From: an uncultured Kiritimatiellota bacterium
Lineage (GTDB): Bacteria; Verrucomicrobiota; Kiritimatiellia; RFP12; DVOR01
Assembly: GCA_944391085.1 (NCBI GenBank)
Contig: CALXSE010000008.1
Span: forward strand, 2,437 to 66,436
DNA length: 64,000 nucleotides
Direction of reading: 5' to 3'
In this document: positions 11,073 through 20,490 of the stretch, piece by piece
How the letters are laid out: each line of letters opens with the position of its first letter
Position numbering within the stretch: the first letter of the stretch is position 1
Notes under the pieces: generated by a model
Databases searched by the model: none
What the model was told of the DNA's origin: nothing
What the model saw: only the letters and a program-made list of their open reading frames with translations
Position numbers and translations under genes: made by a program

Positions 11073-12421
11073 TGCCGCACGGCGGCCTCCGCGGCGGCCA
11101 GCAAACGCCCCAGCGCAGCGCGATCCCTGGCCTCGGCGGCCAGGCGAAGCACCGGCTCGGTGTTGGAGGGGCGGGCCCCGATCCAGGCGTCCGCCCAATC
11201 CAGGCGCACGCCGTCGTAATCAATGCGGGCCTGGGGCGGCCCCATGAGCGCGGTGACCGCGGCCTCCACCCGCGCGACGGCGGCGGGGCGATCCTCCACG
11301 CCCGGCAGGTTGACCTCGCCGGAAGAGACGTACCGCCCCACGATGGGCGCGACCAGGTCGGCGAACGTGCGCCCCGCGCGCCTGGCCTCGGCCACGATGC
11401 CCAGGACGAGGAGCGCGGCGAGGACGCCGCTGTCGTTCCAATGGAAATCGCGGAAATAATAATGGCCCGCCACCTCGCCGCCGCAGAGGCCGTTCCCCTC
11501 GCGCAAGGCCGTCTTGGCGAAGGCCGCGCCCACCTTCACCATCCGTGGCTCAAAGCCACGCTCGCGCAAAGCCTCGATGACGCCGCGCGAGGTGCGCACG
11601 TCATGCACCACCACGGGCGAGGCCCCCGGGCAGGCGGGCCGCAGCGCCTCGGCCAAAAGCGGCAGGAGCGCATCCGGCGGGACGAACGCGCCCGTGGCGT
11701 CCACGAAGCCCACGCGGTCGGCGTCGCCGTCGAAAAGCAGGCCCAGATCCAACCCGCCCTCGCGCACGCACCGGGCGAGCTGCTCGCGGTTCCCGGCCTC
11801 GAGCGGGTTCGGCCCGTGGTGCGGGAAGGCGCCGTCAGGCGTCGCGTTCAGGAGCGCGGCGGCCTCGCCGAAAAGCTCCCGCGCCAACACGCCCGCCGCG
11901 CCGTCCGAGCAATCCACCGCGAAACGCAGCCCCGACAAATCCGGCTTGCGCCCGCGCATCCACCCCAGATAGGCCGGGAGCAGGTCGACCCGCCGCACCG
12001 TGCCGGGCGTGGCCGCCGGCGGCGGCAGGGCGCCTGCCTCGATCCACGCCTCCGCCTGACGCAGCCCCTGGTCGTAGCCGCACGGGCGCGCCCCGGCCTT
12101 CGAGACCTTCAGGCCGTTGTACCGCGGCGGGTTGTGGGACGCCGTCACCATCACCGACGCGCCATAGCCGCGCGCCGCGTTGAAAAAATAGGTCATCGGC
12201 GTGGTGCAGAGCCCCAGGTCGTCCACGTCCGCCCCGGCCTCGGAAAGGCCTTTGGCGAGCGCCGCGACGAGCGCGGGCGAGGATTGGCGGGCGTCCCGCC
12301 CCACAAGCACGGCCTTCGCGCCGAGCAGGGCGGGCAGGCACCGGCCCACCTGGTAGGCGAGCGTCTCGGTCACGTCGGCGCCGAAGACGCCCCGGATGTC
12401 ATAGGCCTTGAATGCTTTCAT
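11069..12421 (-). CDS. phosphomannomutase/phosphoglucomutase (paralog 1)
   Basis: MKAFKAYDIRGVFG..., TASHNPPRYNGLK (active-site Ser), FDGDADRVGF, GEVAGHYYF. Confidence 0.85.
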   Translation of the reverse strand: MKAFKAYDIRGVFGADVTETLAYQVGRCLPALLGAKAVLVGRDARQSSPALVAALAKGLSEAGADVDDLGLCTTPMTYFFNAARGYGASVMVTASHNPPRYNGLKVSKAGARPCGYDQGLRQAEAWIEAGALPPPAATPGTVRRVDLLPAYLGWMRGRKPDLSGLRFAVDCSDGAAGVLARELFGEAAALLNATPDGAFPHHGPNPLEAGNREQLARCVREGGLDLGLLFDGDADRVGFVDATGAFVPPDALLPLLAEALRPACPGASPVVVHDVRTSRGVIEALRERGFEPRMVKVGAAFAKTALREGNGLCGGEVAGHYYFRDFHWNDSGVLAALLVLGIVAEARRAGRTFADLVAPIVGRYVSSGEVNLPGVEDRPAAVARVEAAVTALMGPPQARIDYDGVRLDWADAWIGARPSNTEPVLRLAAEARDRAALGRLLAAAEAAVRQ

Positions 12422-12423
12422 CG

Positions 12424-13611
12424 TCACTCCACATGGCAAAGCAGCCCTTTGAGGTAAAACCCTTCCGGGAAATCCAGCGACTCGACGTGGTCCGGCGCCT
12501 GGCGCAGCTCGCGCAGGATCCTGACGCGCCGCCCCGCGTCGCGCGCGGCCTCGGCCACCACCATGCGGAAGGTCGCCGGGTCGATGGCCCCCGAGCACGA
12601 GAAGGTGGCCAGCACGCCGCCGGGCGAGACGAGCTTCAGCCCCAGCAGGTTGATGTCCTTGTACCCGCGCAGCGCCTTGGCCGCCAGCGCCTTGGTGTCG
12701 GCGAACTTCGGCGGGTCCAGCACCACCAGGTCGAACGAGCGCGCACGGTCGCGGAAGGCGCGCAGCTCCTGGAAGACGTTGCCCTGGATGAACTCGGCCT
12801 CCGGCAGACCATTGAGCGCGGTGTTGCGCCGGGCCTGCCCCAACGCCGGGGCGGAAAGGTCGACATGCGTCACCGCCGCGGCCCCGGCCAGCTGCGCCGC
12901 CACGCCGAAGCCGCCCGTGTAGCAAAAGGCGTTGAGCACGCGGCGGCCCCGCGCGGCCCCGGCCACCAGGCGGCGGTTCTCGCGCTGATCCAGGTAAAAG
13001 CCGGTCTTATGCCCCCCGCGCACGTCCACCTCGAACCGCACGGGGCCCTCGTGGATGACGATGCGCCCGGGCGGTTCCTCCCCCGCGAGCAGGCCCACGG
13101 CGGGCTCCAGCCCCTCGCGCCTGCGGCCGTCCACGTCGCTGCGCTCGTAAAAGCCCTTGGCCCCCGTCCGCGCCATGAGCGACGCGACGAGCGCGGCCTT
13201 GTTGCGCTCGGCCCCGGCGGTGGCGAATTGGCCCACCAGCACGTCCCCGTAGCGGTCGACCGTCACGCCCGGCAGGCCGTCGGCCTCGGCGTTCACCAGG
13301 CGCAGGGCATCGGTGTCGAAGCGCTCGGCCATGCCCTCGCGCACGGCCAGCGCCGCGGCCACGCGCGCATCGAGGAAGGTCTCCCCCGCCGCGCCCTCGG
13401 CCTCCTCGCCAAAGGCCCACAGCCGCACGCGGATCTGCGAGGCGGGCGACCACGCGCCCACGCCCAGCGGGCGGCCCTCGGCGTCGGCCACGAGCACCGT
13501 CTCGCCCAACCCGGGCTCGCGCGAGACCGTGCCTATCGCGCCGGAGAAGATCCACGGATGGCGCAGGCGCGTGGGCCTGTCGCGCCCGGGCTTGAGGCGG
13601 ACGACCTTCAT
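12424..13611 (-). CDS. rlmI: class I SAM-dependent 23S rRNA m5C methyltransferase, RlmI-like (PUA + MTase)
   Basis: [26 protein letters not shown] (PUA), [30 protein letters not shown]. Confidence 0.8.
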   Translation of the reverse strand: MKVVRLKPGRDRPTRLRHPWIFSGAIGTVSREPGLGETVLVADAEGRPLGVGAWSPASQIRVRLWAFGEEAEGAAGETFLDARVAAALAVREGMAERFDTDALRLVNAEADGLPGVTVDRYGDVLVGQFATAGAERNKAALVASLMARTGAKGFYERSDVDGRRREGLEPAVGLLAGEEPPGRIVIHEGPVRFEVDVRGGHKTGFYLDQRENRRLVAGAARGRRVLNAFCYTGGFGVAAQLAGAAAVTHVDLSAPALGQARRNTALNGLPEAEFIQGNVFQELRAFRDRARSFDLVVLDPPKFADTKALAAKALRGYKDINLLGLKLVSPGGVLATFSCSGAIDPATFRMVVAEAARDAGRRVRILRELRQAPDHVESLDFPEGFYLKGLLCHVE

Positions 13612-14300
13612 GCGTCCCTCCCGAGGGCCTCGGCCTGGGCCTTGAAGAGCGTGGCGCACCCTTCCCTGGCCAGTGCCCGCAGCGCGTCGAGCTGGGCGTC
13701 GGTGAAGGGCTCGTGCTCGGCCGTGCCCTGCAATTCCACGAAGCGGCCGTCGGAGGTCATGACGACGTTGAGGTCGACGTCCGCCGTCGAGTCATGCGCG
13801 TAGTCCAGGTCCAGGGTCGGCACGCCCGCGCAGATCCCCACGCTGACGGCGGCCACGCGCCGCCTGATGGGAGATTCCTCGATCACGCCCGCGGCCAGGA
13901 GCGCGGCCACGGCGTCCTCCAGCGCCACCATGCCGCCGGTGATGGAGGCGCAGCGCGTGCCGCCGTCGGCCTGGAGCACGTCGCAGTCGACGGTGATGGT
14001 GCGTTCGCCGAGCTTCGCCAGGTCGACGCTCGCGCGCAGGGCCCGCCCAATGAGCCGGCCGATTTCCACGCCGCGGCCGTCCTGCCGCAGCTTCTTGATG
14101 TCGCGCTCCTTGCGCGTGAGGGTGGAGGAAGGCAGCATCGCATACTCCGCCGTCACCCAGCCCGTCCCCATGCCGCGCAGGAAGGGCGGCGCCTTGTCCT
14201 CCACGCTCGCGGTGCAGAGCACCCATGTGTCGCCCTGCTTGATGAGCACCGAACCCGGCGCGTGCTTCGTGAACTTCCGGCAAATCTCAACGTTTCTCAT
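13608..14300 (-). CDS. rph: ribonuclease PH
   Basis: [25 protein letters not shown]...[14 protein letters not shown]...[21 protein letters not shown] overlap with rlmI. The N-terminus is about 10 aa shorter than E. coli Rph. Confidence 0.9.
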   Translation of the reverse strand: MRNVEICRKFTKHAPGSVLIKQGDTWVLCTASVEDKAPPFLRGMGTGWVTAEYAMLPSSTLTRKERDIKKLRQDGRGVEIGRLIGRALRASVDLAKLGERTITVDCDVLQADGGTRCASITGGMVALEDAVAALLAAGVIEESPIRRRVAAVSVGICAGVPTLDLDYAHDSTADVDLNVVMTSDGRFVELQGTAEHEPFTDAQLDALRALAREGCATLFKAQAEALGRDA

Positions 14301-14319
14301 GGGGACTCCTTCGCCCGCC

Positions 14320-14328
14320 AGTATACCA
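14320..14328 (-). promoter_or_regulatory. extended -10 promoter (TGGTATACT) for the rph operon
   Basis: Minus strand reads TGGTATACT, then a 19-nt leader with SD GAAGGAG. Confidence 0.55.
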
Positions 14329-14355
14329 AACGCCGCGCCCAAACGCCCCGAAACA

Positions 14356-14364
14356 TGCTACAAT
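14356..14364 (+). promoter_or_regulatory. extended -10 promoter (TGCTACAAT), 7 nt before serC ATG 14372
   Basis: TGCTACAAT, ggcgcgc, ATG. Divergent from the rph promoter within a 71-nt intergenic region. Confidence 0.55.
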
Positions 14365-14371
14365 GGCGCGC

Positions 14372-15415
14372 ATGAACCCCCGTGTCCACAACTTCTGCGC
14401 CGGCCCCGGCACGCTCCCCCCGGAGGTGCTCGAGGCGCTCCGCGAAGACCTTGCCGACTGGCGCGGCCTCGGCCGCTCCGTCCTGGAGGTCTCCCACCGC
14501 ACCGACGCCTACCGCGAGCTCCACGGACGTGCCATCGCCAACCTCCGCGCCCTCCTCGGCCTCGGCGCGGATTACGAGATCCTGCTGCTGCAGGGCGGCG
14601 CCAGCGGCCAGTTCGCCATGCTCCCCTACAACTTCCTGCGCGCCGGCCAAACGGCGGACTACGTGGTGCGCGGCTATTGGGGCGAGAAGGCCTCCCGCCA
14701 GGCCGCCCGCGTCGGCGCCGTCCGCATCCTCCCGGAGCCCGGCGGCTGGACGCCCGGCGCAGCCTACGCCCACGTCACCACCAACGAGACCATCGCCGGC
14801 ACCCGCCTCCCGGAGAGTTTCCCGTCCCCCGAGGCCCCCCTCTGCGCCGACATGAGCAGCGACATCCTCGCCGCCCCGCGCGATTACCGCCGCTACGCCC
14901 TCCTCTACGCCGGCGCGCAGAAGAACCTCGGCGTCGCGGGCCTGGCCATCGTCGCCGCCCACCACGATTTCCTCTCCCGCGCCCGGCGCAACCTCCCCGC
15001 CGCCTTCTCCTACCTCGAGCACGCCCACGCCGACGGCCTCTACCACACCCCCAACGCCTTCGCCGTCGATGCCCTCGCGCACGTCACCGGCTGGCTCCTG
15101 CGCGAAGGCCCGCGGCAGGTCTGGGAACGCAACGCCCGCAAGGCCGAGCGCCTCTACGCCGAGCTCGACGCCTCCCCCTTCTGGCGTCCCCTCGCGCCAA
15201 AGGCCGAGCGCTCCCTCACCAACGTCACCTTCCGCCTCCCCACCGCCGCCCTTGAGGAGGCCTTCCTGGCGCAGGCCGAGGCCGAGGGCCTCGTCGCCCT
15301 CCGCGGCCACCGCGCCCTGGGCGGCATCCGCGCCTCCCTCTACAACGCCCTTCCGGAAGCCGCCGTCGAAGCCCTCGTGGCCTTCATGCGCCGCTTCGCC
15401 AGGGAAAACGCCTGA
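14372..15415 (+). CDS. serC: phosphoserine aminotransferase
   Basis: MNPRVHNFCAGPGTLPPEVL...LLLQGGASGQF...AGAQKNLG (PLP Lys). Start chosen by promoter spacing; the alternative ATG at 14363 lies inside the -10 box. Confidence 0.9.
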   Translation: MNPRVHNFCAGPGTLPPEVLEALREDLADWRGLGRSVLEVSHRTDAYRELHGRAIANLRALLGLGADYEILLLQGGASGQFAMLPYNFLRAGQTADYVVRGYWGEKASRQAARVGAVRILPEPGGWTPGAAYAHVTTNETIAGTRLPESFPSPEAPLCADMSSDILAAPRDYRRYALLYAGAQKNLGVAGLAIVAAHHDFLSRARRNLPAAFSYLEHAHADGLYHTPNAFAVDALAHVTGWLLREGPRQVWERNARKAERLYAELDASPFWRPLAPKAERSLTNVTFRLPTAALEEAFLAQAEAEGLVALRGHRALGGIRASLYNALPEAAVEALVAFMRRFARENA

Positions 15416-15442
15416 ACCCCACCGCAAACAAAGGAGCACACC

Positions 15443-15697
15443 ATGGCCATCGAAAACGAGATCTACGCCGACGGCGTCTATCAGATCCACATGCTCGAGC
15501 AGACCATCCGCCTCGACTTCATGCGCCTGCAGCCCAACCCTGAGAACCAGACCCCCGTGCCCAAGCCCTTCGAGCGCGTCATCCTCACCCCCCAGGGTTT
15601 CCTGCGCACCTATGAGGCCATGGGCCAAATCATCCGCAAGCTCGAGGAGCTCGGCCTCATCCGCCGCAACCCCAACCCGCCCGCCGAGCAAAAGTAA
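15443..15697 (+). CDS. small hypothetical protein (possibly DUF3467-like)
   Basis: 84 aa with a strong SD AAAGGAG. YADGVYQIHMLEQTIRLDFMRL...FERVILTPQGF resembles the DUF3467 pattern, but I cannot verify this. Confidence 0.5.
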   Translation: MAIENEIYADGVYQIHMLEQTIRLDFMRLQPNPENQTPVPKPFERVILTPQGFLRTYEAMGQIIRKLEELGLIRRNPNPPAEQK

Positions 15698-15778
15698 CCC
15701 CGCCCCACCCCTGCCCGCCCTTCGCCGCGCCCGAACGCGGCGGGCGGTGTCGTTTTGCGCACGAAAAGGACTGGAAAG

Positions 15779-17002
15779 ATGAACGAGACGAAACCGGAGA
15801 AGCCCTTCGTCGTCTGGATGGGCTGGCTGCGCCTCATCGCCCTGCTGATGGTCTGCCTTTGCCACGCGTGCGACCCGCTCTCGGCCTTCGGCTCGCAAGA
15901 GGAAAAGCGCTGGATCGTGGCCATCGGCTCCTTCATCCGCCCCTGCGTGCCCCTTTTCGTCATGCTCACCGGCGCGCTCCTCCTGCCCACCCGTGAGGGC
16001 TTCGGCGGGATGCTCCGCCGCCGCGTCTCCCGTCTGGTTGCGCCCTTCCTGCTCTGGACCGCCGTCTATGCCGCGCTCCCCTGGCTCCTCGCCGCCTGCG
16101 GCGTGGCCTCCGACGCCATCCAGCGCGTCTTCTTCCCCTTCGCCGCCCCCCTGCACACCGACGCCCCCAGCATCGCACGCACCTTCCTCCTCTCCCTCGT
16201 CCAATTCAACCAATACGCCGTCCAGCTCTGGTACATCTACCTTCTCGTCGGCCTCTACCTCTTCATGCCCATCCTCTCGCCCTGGCTCCGCCAGGCCACC
16301 GTCCGCGCCAAGCTCGCCTTCCTGGCCCTCTGGGCCGCCGCCCTCGCCCTCCACCACTGGCTCCTCCTCCTTGAGGCCCTCCGCCACACCGCCTGGGGAG
16401 CACCCCTCGTGGCCGACTACCTTGTCCGCTTCGCCGCCCCGGACACCCTCGCCCAGACCGCCTCCTGGGACGCCTACCCCATCCTCGGCGCGTGCGACTG
16501 GAACACCTTCGGCGCGCTCTATCCCTTCGCCGGCTTCGTCGGCTACCTCGTCCTCGGCCATCTCTTGCGCGACCTCCGCCTCTCCCTCGGCCGAACCCTC
16601 GCCGTCGCCCTTCCCCTCCTTCTCGCCGGCTACGCCGCCGTCGCCCTCGGCACCCGCTGGCTGTGGGCCCAGCCCGACTGCACCGCCAAGATGTTCGAGT
16701 ACTTCTGGTGGTACTGCTCCATCCCGGTGGCCATGATGAGCGCCGCCGTCTTCCTCCTGGTCAAAAAGCTCGACCGGGCCCCCCGCCCCCTGCTCTTCCT
16801 GCTCAAAGACCTCACCCGCTGCGGCCTCGGCGTCTTCTGCGCCCACTACGTCTTCGTCACCGGCGCCTACTACCTCCTCCACGACCTGCTGCCCATCCCC
16901 CTCCTCGTCCCCAGCGCCGCCCTGCTCGGCCTCGCCGCCGCCTGGGCCGTCGTCTCCCCCCTCGAGCGTCTCCACCCCCGCCTCCGCGCCCTCATCGGCT
17001 GA
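15779..17002 (+). CDS. acyltransferase family 3 integral membrane protein
   Basis: About 10 predicted TM helices. N-terminal W..WLR..A...V...H motif (WMGWLRLIALLMVCLCHA). Start is uncertain (15755 or 15779). Confidence 0.7.
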   Translation: MNETKPEKPFVVWMGWLRLIALLMVCLCHACDPLSAFGSQEEKRWIVAIGSFIRPCVPLFVMLTGALLLPTREGFGGMLRRRVSRLVAPFLLWTAVYAALPWLLAACGVASDAIQRVFFPFAAPLHTDAPSIARTFLLSLVQFNQYAVQLWYIYLLVGLYLFMPILSPWLRQATVRAKLAFLALWAAALALHHWLLLLEALRHTAWGAPLVADYLVRFAAPDTLAQTASWDAYPILGACDWNTFGALYPFAGFVGYLVLGHLLRDLRLSLGRTLAVALPLLLAGYAAVALGTRWLWAQPDCTAKMFEYFWWYCSIPVAMMSAAVFLLVKKLDRAPRPLLFLLKDLTRCGLGVFCAHYVFVTGAYYLLHDLLPIPLLVPSAALLGLAAAWAVVSPLERLHPRLRALIG

Positions 17003-17054
17003 CCCTGCCCGAACGCCACCGAAGCGTCTCGGGGGGCCCAAAACCCGCGCCAGC

Positions 17055-17891
17055 TCAGGGAAGGACGGAGACGCGGACGTCCGCGGAGGTGAAGGCGGGC
17101 GGGGCAAAGCCGTAGACGGCGGCGCGCCCGGCCGGGACGGCGGAGGCAAGCAGGTTGGCGACGTACGCCTTGGCCGCGGCGACGGCCTCACGGAGAGATT
17201 GCCCCAGGGCCAGGCCGGCGGCGATGGCGGCGCTGAGGGCGCAGCCGGTGCCGTGGGTGGTGAGGGGGGCCTCGACGCGGGGGGCCTCGAAGGCCAGGCA
17301 CGCGCCTTCCGGCGCGGCGAGGAGGTCCAGGCTGGCGCGGGCGGCGGCGTGACCGCCTTTGAGGAGGACGCGCACGCCGAGGCGTTCGGCAAGGGCGCGG
17401 GCGGCGGCCTGGGGGGCGGCCTCGACGGCGGGAAGGGGGCGGCCGAGGAGGGCGGCGGCCTCGGGGAGGTTGGGGGTGAGGAGGGTGGCGCGGGGGAGGA
17501 GACGCGCGGTGAGGACGCCGACGGCGGAGTCGTCGAGGAGGCGCGCGCCGCTGGTGGCGACCATCACGGGGTCGACCACAAGGGGAAGCGCGGGGTGGGC
17601 CTCGGCGAAGTCGGCCGCCACGCCGATGAGCGCGGCATTGAGCAACATCCCGGTCTTGGCGGCGCGAAGGGCGAAGGCATCGGCCACACGCCCAAGCTGG
17701 TCGCGCAGGACGGCGGGCTCGGCGCCCTGCACGAGGCCGACGCCGAAGGGGTTCTGCGCGGTGAGCGCGGTGATGGCCGCGCAACCATGGACGCCGTGCG
17801 CCCAGAACGTGCGCAGGTCGATCTCGATGCCGGCCCCGCCGCCGCTGTCGCTGCCCGCGATCGTCAATGCCACCGGGATGTTCTCTGCCAT
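17055..17891 (-). CDS. thiD: hydroxymethylpyrimidine/phosphomethylpyrimidine kinase
   Basis: VALTIAGSDSGGGAGIEIDLRTF...VVDPVMVATSG...THGTGCALSAAIAAGLA. SD AAGGAGG. Confidence 0.87.
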   Translation of the reverse strand: MAENIPVALTIAGSDSGGGAGIEIDLRTFWAHGVHGCAAITALTAQNPFGVGLVQGAEPAVLRDQLGRVADAFALRAAKTGMLLNAALIGVAADFAEAHPALPLVVDPVMVATSGARLLDDSAVGVLTARLLPRATLLTPNLPEAAALLGRPLPAVEAAPQAAARALAERLGVRVLLKGGHAAARASLDLLAAPEGACLAFEAPRVEAPLTTHGTGCALSAAIAAGLALGQSLREAVAAAKAYVANLLASAVPAGRAAVYGFAPPAFTSADVRVSVLP

Positions 17892-17914
17892 GGGGAAGCC
17901 TCCTTGAGGGGCGC

Positions 17915-17923
17915 AGTATAGCA
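17915..17923 (-). promoter_or_regulatory. extended -10 promoter (TGCTATACT) for thiD
   Basis: Minus strand reads TGCTATACT, then a 23-nt leader with SD. Confidence 0.55.
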
Positions 17924-17939
17924 CAGGGCGGGGTGGGTT

Positions 17940-17948
17940 TGGTAAAAT
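17940..17948 (+). promoter_or_regulatory. extended -10 promoter (TGGTAAAAT), 6 nt before ribE ATG 17955
   Basis: TGGTAAAAT, aaggcc, ATG. Implies a leaderless transcript. Confidence 0.55.
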
Positions 17949-17954
17949 AAGGCC

Positions 17955-18599
17955 ATGTTCACCGGTCTGGTTCAGTGTATGGGCGAGGTGTCGAAGGTAC
18001 GGGCGCGCGGCTCGGGCGCCGTGCTGGCCGTGCGCGCGCCGCGCCTGACGGCCGGGGGAAAGGATCCCCTGGCCCTGGGCGAGAGCGTGGCGACGGACGG
18101 GGCGTGCCTGACCGTCACCGCCGTGCGGGGAGACGCCTTCGAGGCCGAGGTGCTGGAGGAGACGCTCCGCTGCACCATGCTCGGCGATTTGCGCCCCGGC
18201 GACCGCGTGAACCTGGAGCGCGCCCTGCGCCTGGGGGACCGCCTGGGCGGGCACATCGTGGCCGGGCATGTGGACGAGGTGGGGCGGCTGACGGACAGGC
18301 GGCCGGAAGGGGCGGACTTCCGCCTGCGCTTCGCCTGCTCGCCAGACTTTGCCCGCGGCGTCGTCCGCAAGGGCTCCGTCGCCGTCGCCGGCGTCAGCCT
18401 TACCGTCGCGGCGCTCGGCGGGGACTGGTTCGAGGTCGCCGCCATCCCCACCACGTTGCGCGAGACTGTGCTGGGCGGGTTGCCCATCGGCGGGCGCGCC
18501 AATTTGGAGGCCGACCTTGTCGGCGCGTACGTGCGCCGGGCGCTCGGCCGGGATTCCCTTTCGCTTGAACAACTCATCGCCGCGGGTTTCGCGGACTAA
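17955..18599 (+). CDS. ribE: riboflavin synthase
   Basis: MFTGLVQCMGEV...GESVATDGACLTV...NLERALRLGDRLGGHIVAGHVD...GVSLTV. Confidence 0.92.
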   Translation: MFTGLVQCMGEVSKVRARGSGAVLAVRAPRLTAGGKDPLALGESVATDGACLTVTAVRGDAFEAEVLEETLRCTMLGDLRPGDRVNLERALRLGDRLGGHIVAGHVDEVGRLTDRRPEGADFRLRFACSPDFARGVVRKGSVAVAGVSLTVAALGGDWFEVAAIPTTLRETVLGGLPIGGRANLEADLVGAYVRRALGRDSLSLEQLIAAGFAD

Positions 18600-18614
18600 C
18601 GCAAGGACAACGCC

Positions 18615-20216
18615 ATGGACATCGACACCGCCGAGCTGCTGGAAGGCCAGATCGAGAGCAAAGCCCTCACCCTCAAGGAACTCTTCGCCGAAGACCCCGG
18701 CCGCGCCGGGAAGATGACCGTCTCCGCCGCCGGCTGGACGCTCGACTATTCCAAGAACCTCGTGGACGAGCCCACCCTCAAGCTCCTCCTCCGGCTCGCC
18801 GAGAAGGCCGACCTCAAGGCCGAAATCGAGAAGATGTTCACCGGCGAGCACATCAACAAGACCGAGGACCGCGCCGTCCTCCACACCGCCCTGCGCTCCT
18901 CCAAGACCGCCGGACTGGTGGTCGACGGGCAGGACGTCTACGCCGACGTCCACGCCGTCCTCGACCGCATGGGCGACTTCGCCGCCCGCATCCGCGCCGG
19001 CAAGTGGCGCGGCGCCACCGGCAAGACCATCCGGTACGTGGTGAACATCGGCATCGGCGGCTCAGACCTCGGCCCCGCCATGGCCTGCCAGGCCCTCCAG
19101 CCCTTCTCCAAGCGCTCCATCAAGTGCTTCCACGTCTCCAACATCGACGCCACGCACATGGCCGAGACCCTCCGCCAGGTCAAGGCCGACCAAACCCTCT
19201 TCATCGTCGCCTCCAAGACCTTCACCACCCAGGAGACGATGACCAACGCCCACACCGCCCGCGCCTGGCTCGTCGAGCGCCTGGGTGAGGCCGCCGTCCC
19301 CCGCCACTTCGTCGCCGTCAGCACCAACGCCGCCAAAGTCAGGGAGTTCGGCATCGACGAAGCCAACATGTTCGGCTTCTGGGATTGGGTCGGCGGCCGC
19401 TACTCCCTCCCCTCCGCCATCGGCCTTTCGCTCATGATCGCCATCGGGCCCGCCAACTACAAGCGGATGCTCGCCGGCTACGAGGCCATGGACAAGCACT
19501 TCCGCACCGCGCCCTTCCGCCGCAACCTCCCCGTTCTCCTCGCCCTCATCGGCATCCTCTACTCCAACGGCTACGGCGCAGACTCCTACGCCGTCCTCCC
19601 CTACGACCAATACCTCGCCCGCCTCCCCGCCTACCTCCAGCAGCTCGACATGGAGAGCAACGGCAAGAGCGTCGACCGCGACGGGAACCCCGTCGACTAC
19701 ATGACCGGCCCCATCGTCTGGGGCGAGCCCGGCACCAACGGCCAGCACGCCTTCTACCAGCTCATCCATCAGGGTACCCGCCTCATCCCCGCCGACTTCA
19801 TCGGTTTCTGCCGCAGCCACAACCCGATCGGCGACCACCACGACAAGCTGATGGCCAACTTCTTCGCCCAGACCGAGGCGCTCGCCTTCGGCAAGACCGC
19901 CGAGCAATGCCGCGCCGAGGGCGTCCCCGAGCGCCTCATCCCCTACAAGACCTTCGAGGGCAACCACCCCACCAACACCCTTCTCGCCGACGAGCTCACC
20001 CCCCGCACCTTCGGCGCCCTCATCGCCCTCTACGAGCACAAGGTCTTCACCCAGGGCGTCATCTGGAACATCTACTCCTTCGACCAATGGGGCGTCGAGC
20101 TCGGCAAAGTCCTCGCCGGCAAGATCCTCAAGGAACTCGAAGACCCCGCCCTCCCCCTCGCCCACGATTCCTCCACCAACGCCCTCATCGCCCGTTACCG
20201 CGCCGCCAAGGCCTGA
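18615..20216 (+). CDS. pgi: glucose-6-phosphate isomerase
   Basis: 533 aa: [46 protein letters not shown]. Confidence 0.95.
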   Translation: MDIDTAELLEGQIESKALTLKELFAEDPGRAGKMTVSAAGWTLDYSKNLVDEPTLKLLLRLAEKADLKAEIEKMFTGEHINKTEDRAVLHTALRSSKTAGLVVDGQDVYADVHAVLDRMGDFAARIRAGKWRGATGKTIRYVVNIGIGGSDLGPAMACQALQPFSKRSIKCFHVSNIDATHMAETLRQVKADQTLFIVASKTFTTQETMTNAHTARAWLVERLGEAAVPRHFVAVSTNAAKVREFGIDEANMFGFWDWVGGRYSLPSAIGLSLMIAIGPANYKRMLAGYEAMDKHFRTAPFRRNLPVLLALIGILYSNGYGADSYAVLPYDQYLARLPAYLQQLDMESNGKSVDRDGNPVDYMTGPIVWGEPGTNGQHAFYQLIHQGTRLIPADFIGFCRSHNPIGDHHDKLMANFFAQTEALAFGKTAEQCRAEGVPERLIPYKTFEGNHPTNTLLADELTPRTFGALIALYEHKVFTQGVIWNIYSFDQWGVELGKVLAGKILKELEDPALPLAHDSSTNALIARYRAAKA

Positions 20217-20261
20217 TGCACCCAACGGGAAAGCGCCCACGCGCTTCCCAAAAAACAAGAA

Positions 20262-20288
20262 AGCCCCGGCCAACCGGCCGGGGCTTTT
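20262..20288 (+). terminator. intrinsic terminator after pgi
   Basis: 10-bp stem AGCCCCGGCC/GGCCGGGGCT with a 4-nt loop, followed by TTTT. Confidence 0.8.
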
Positions 20289-20412
20289 GCTATCATAAGG
20301 GCACGCCGCGGGTGAGCCGTGGCATTCTTGCGCTTTGCGCAGACAAGTTGCCTGACTGAAACTTGGAACCTTTCACACCTGGGCAACGTGTTTGGCGGAG
20401 CGTGTCATATTC

Positions 20413-20485
20413 GGCACGCTTCCTTTTCATGTATCCAGGTAAGGCAGTTCCAAGGCCGCAGTCAGGCACGTGAAAGGAAGCGTGC
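20413..20485. repeat. imperfect inverted repeat (about 15 bp arms, 41-nt spacer) abutting the methyltransferase start
   Basis: GGCACGCTTCCTTTTCA (20413-20429) pairs with TGAAAGGAAGCGTGC (20471-20485), followed by TTTTT and ATG 20491. An outer 9-bp IR is GCCTGACTG (20350-20358) / CAGTCAGGC (20459-20467). Confidence 0.7.
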
Positions 20486-20490
20486 TTTTT

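Noticed and set aside
13608-14342. RNase PH appears N-terminally shortened (about 10 aa shorter than E. coli Rph). I considered a frameshift or pseudogene.
   Set aside because: The catalytic core motifs are intact. A good SD and promoter precede ATG 14300. The in-frame upstream extension ([14 protein letters not shown]) does not resemble the canonical Rph N-terminus. It is most likely a genuine short N-terminus.
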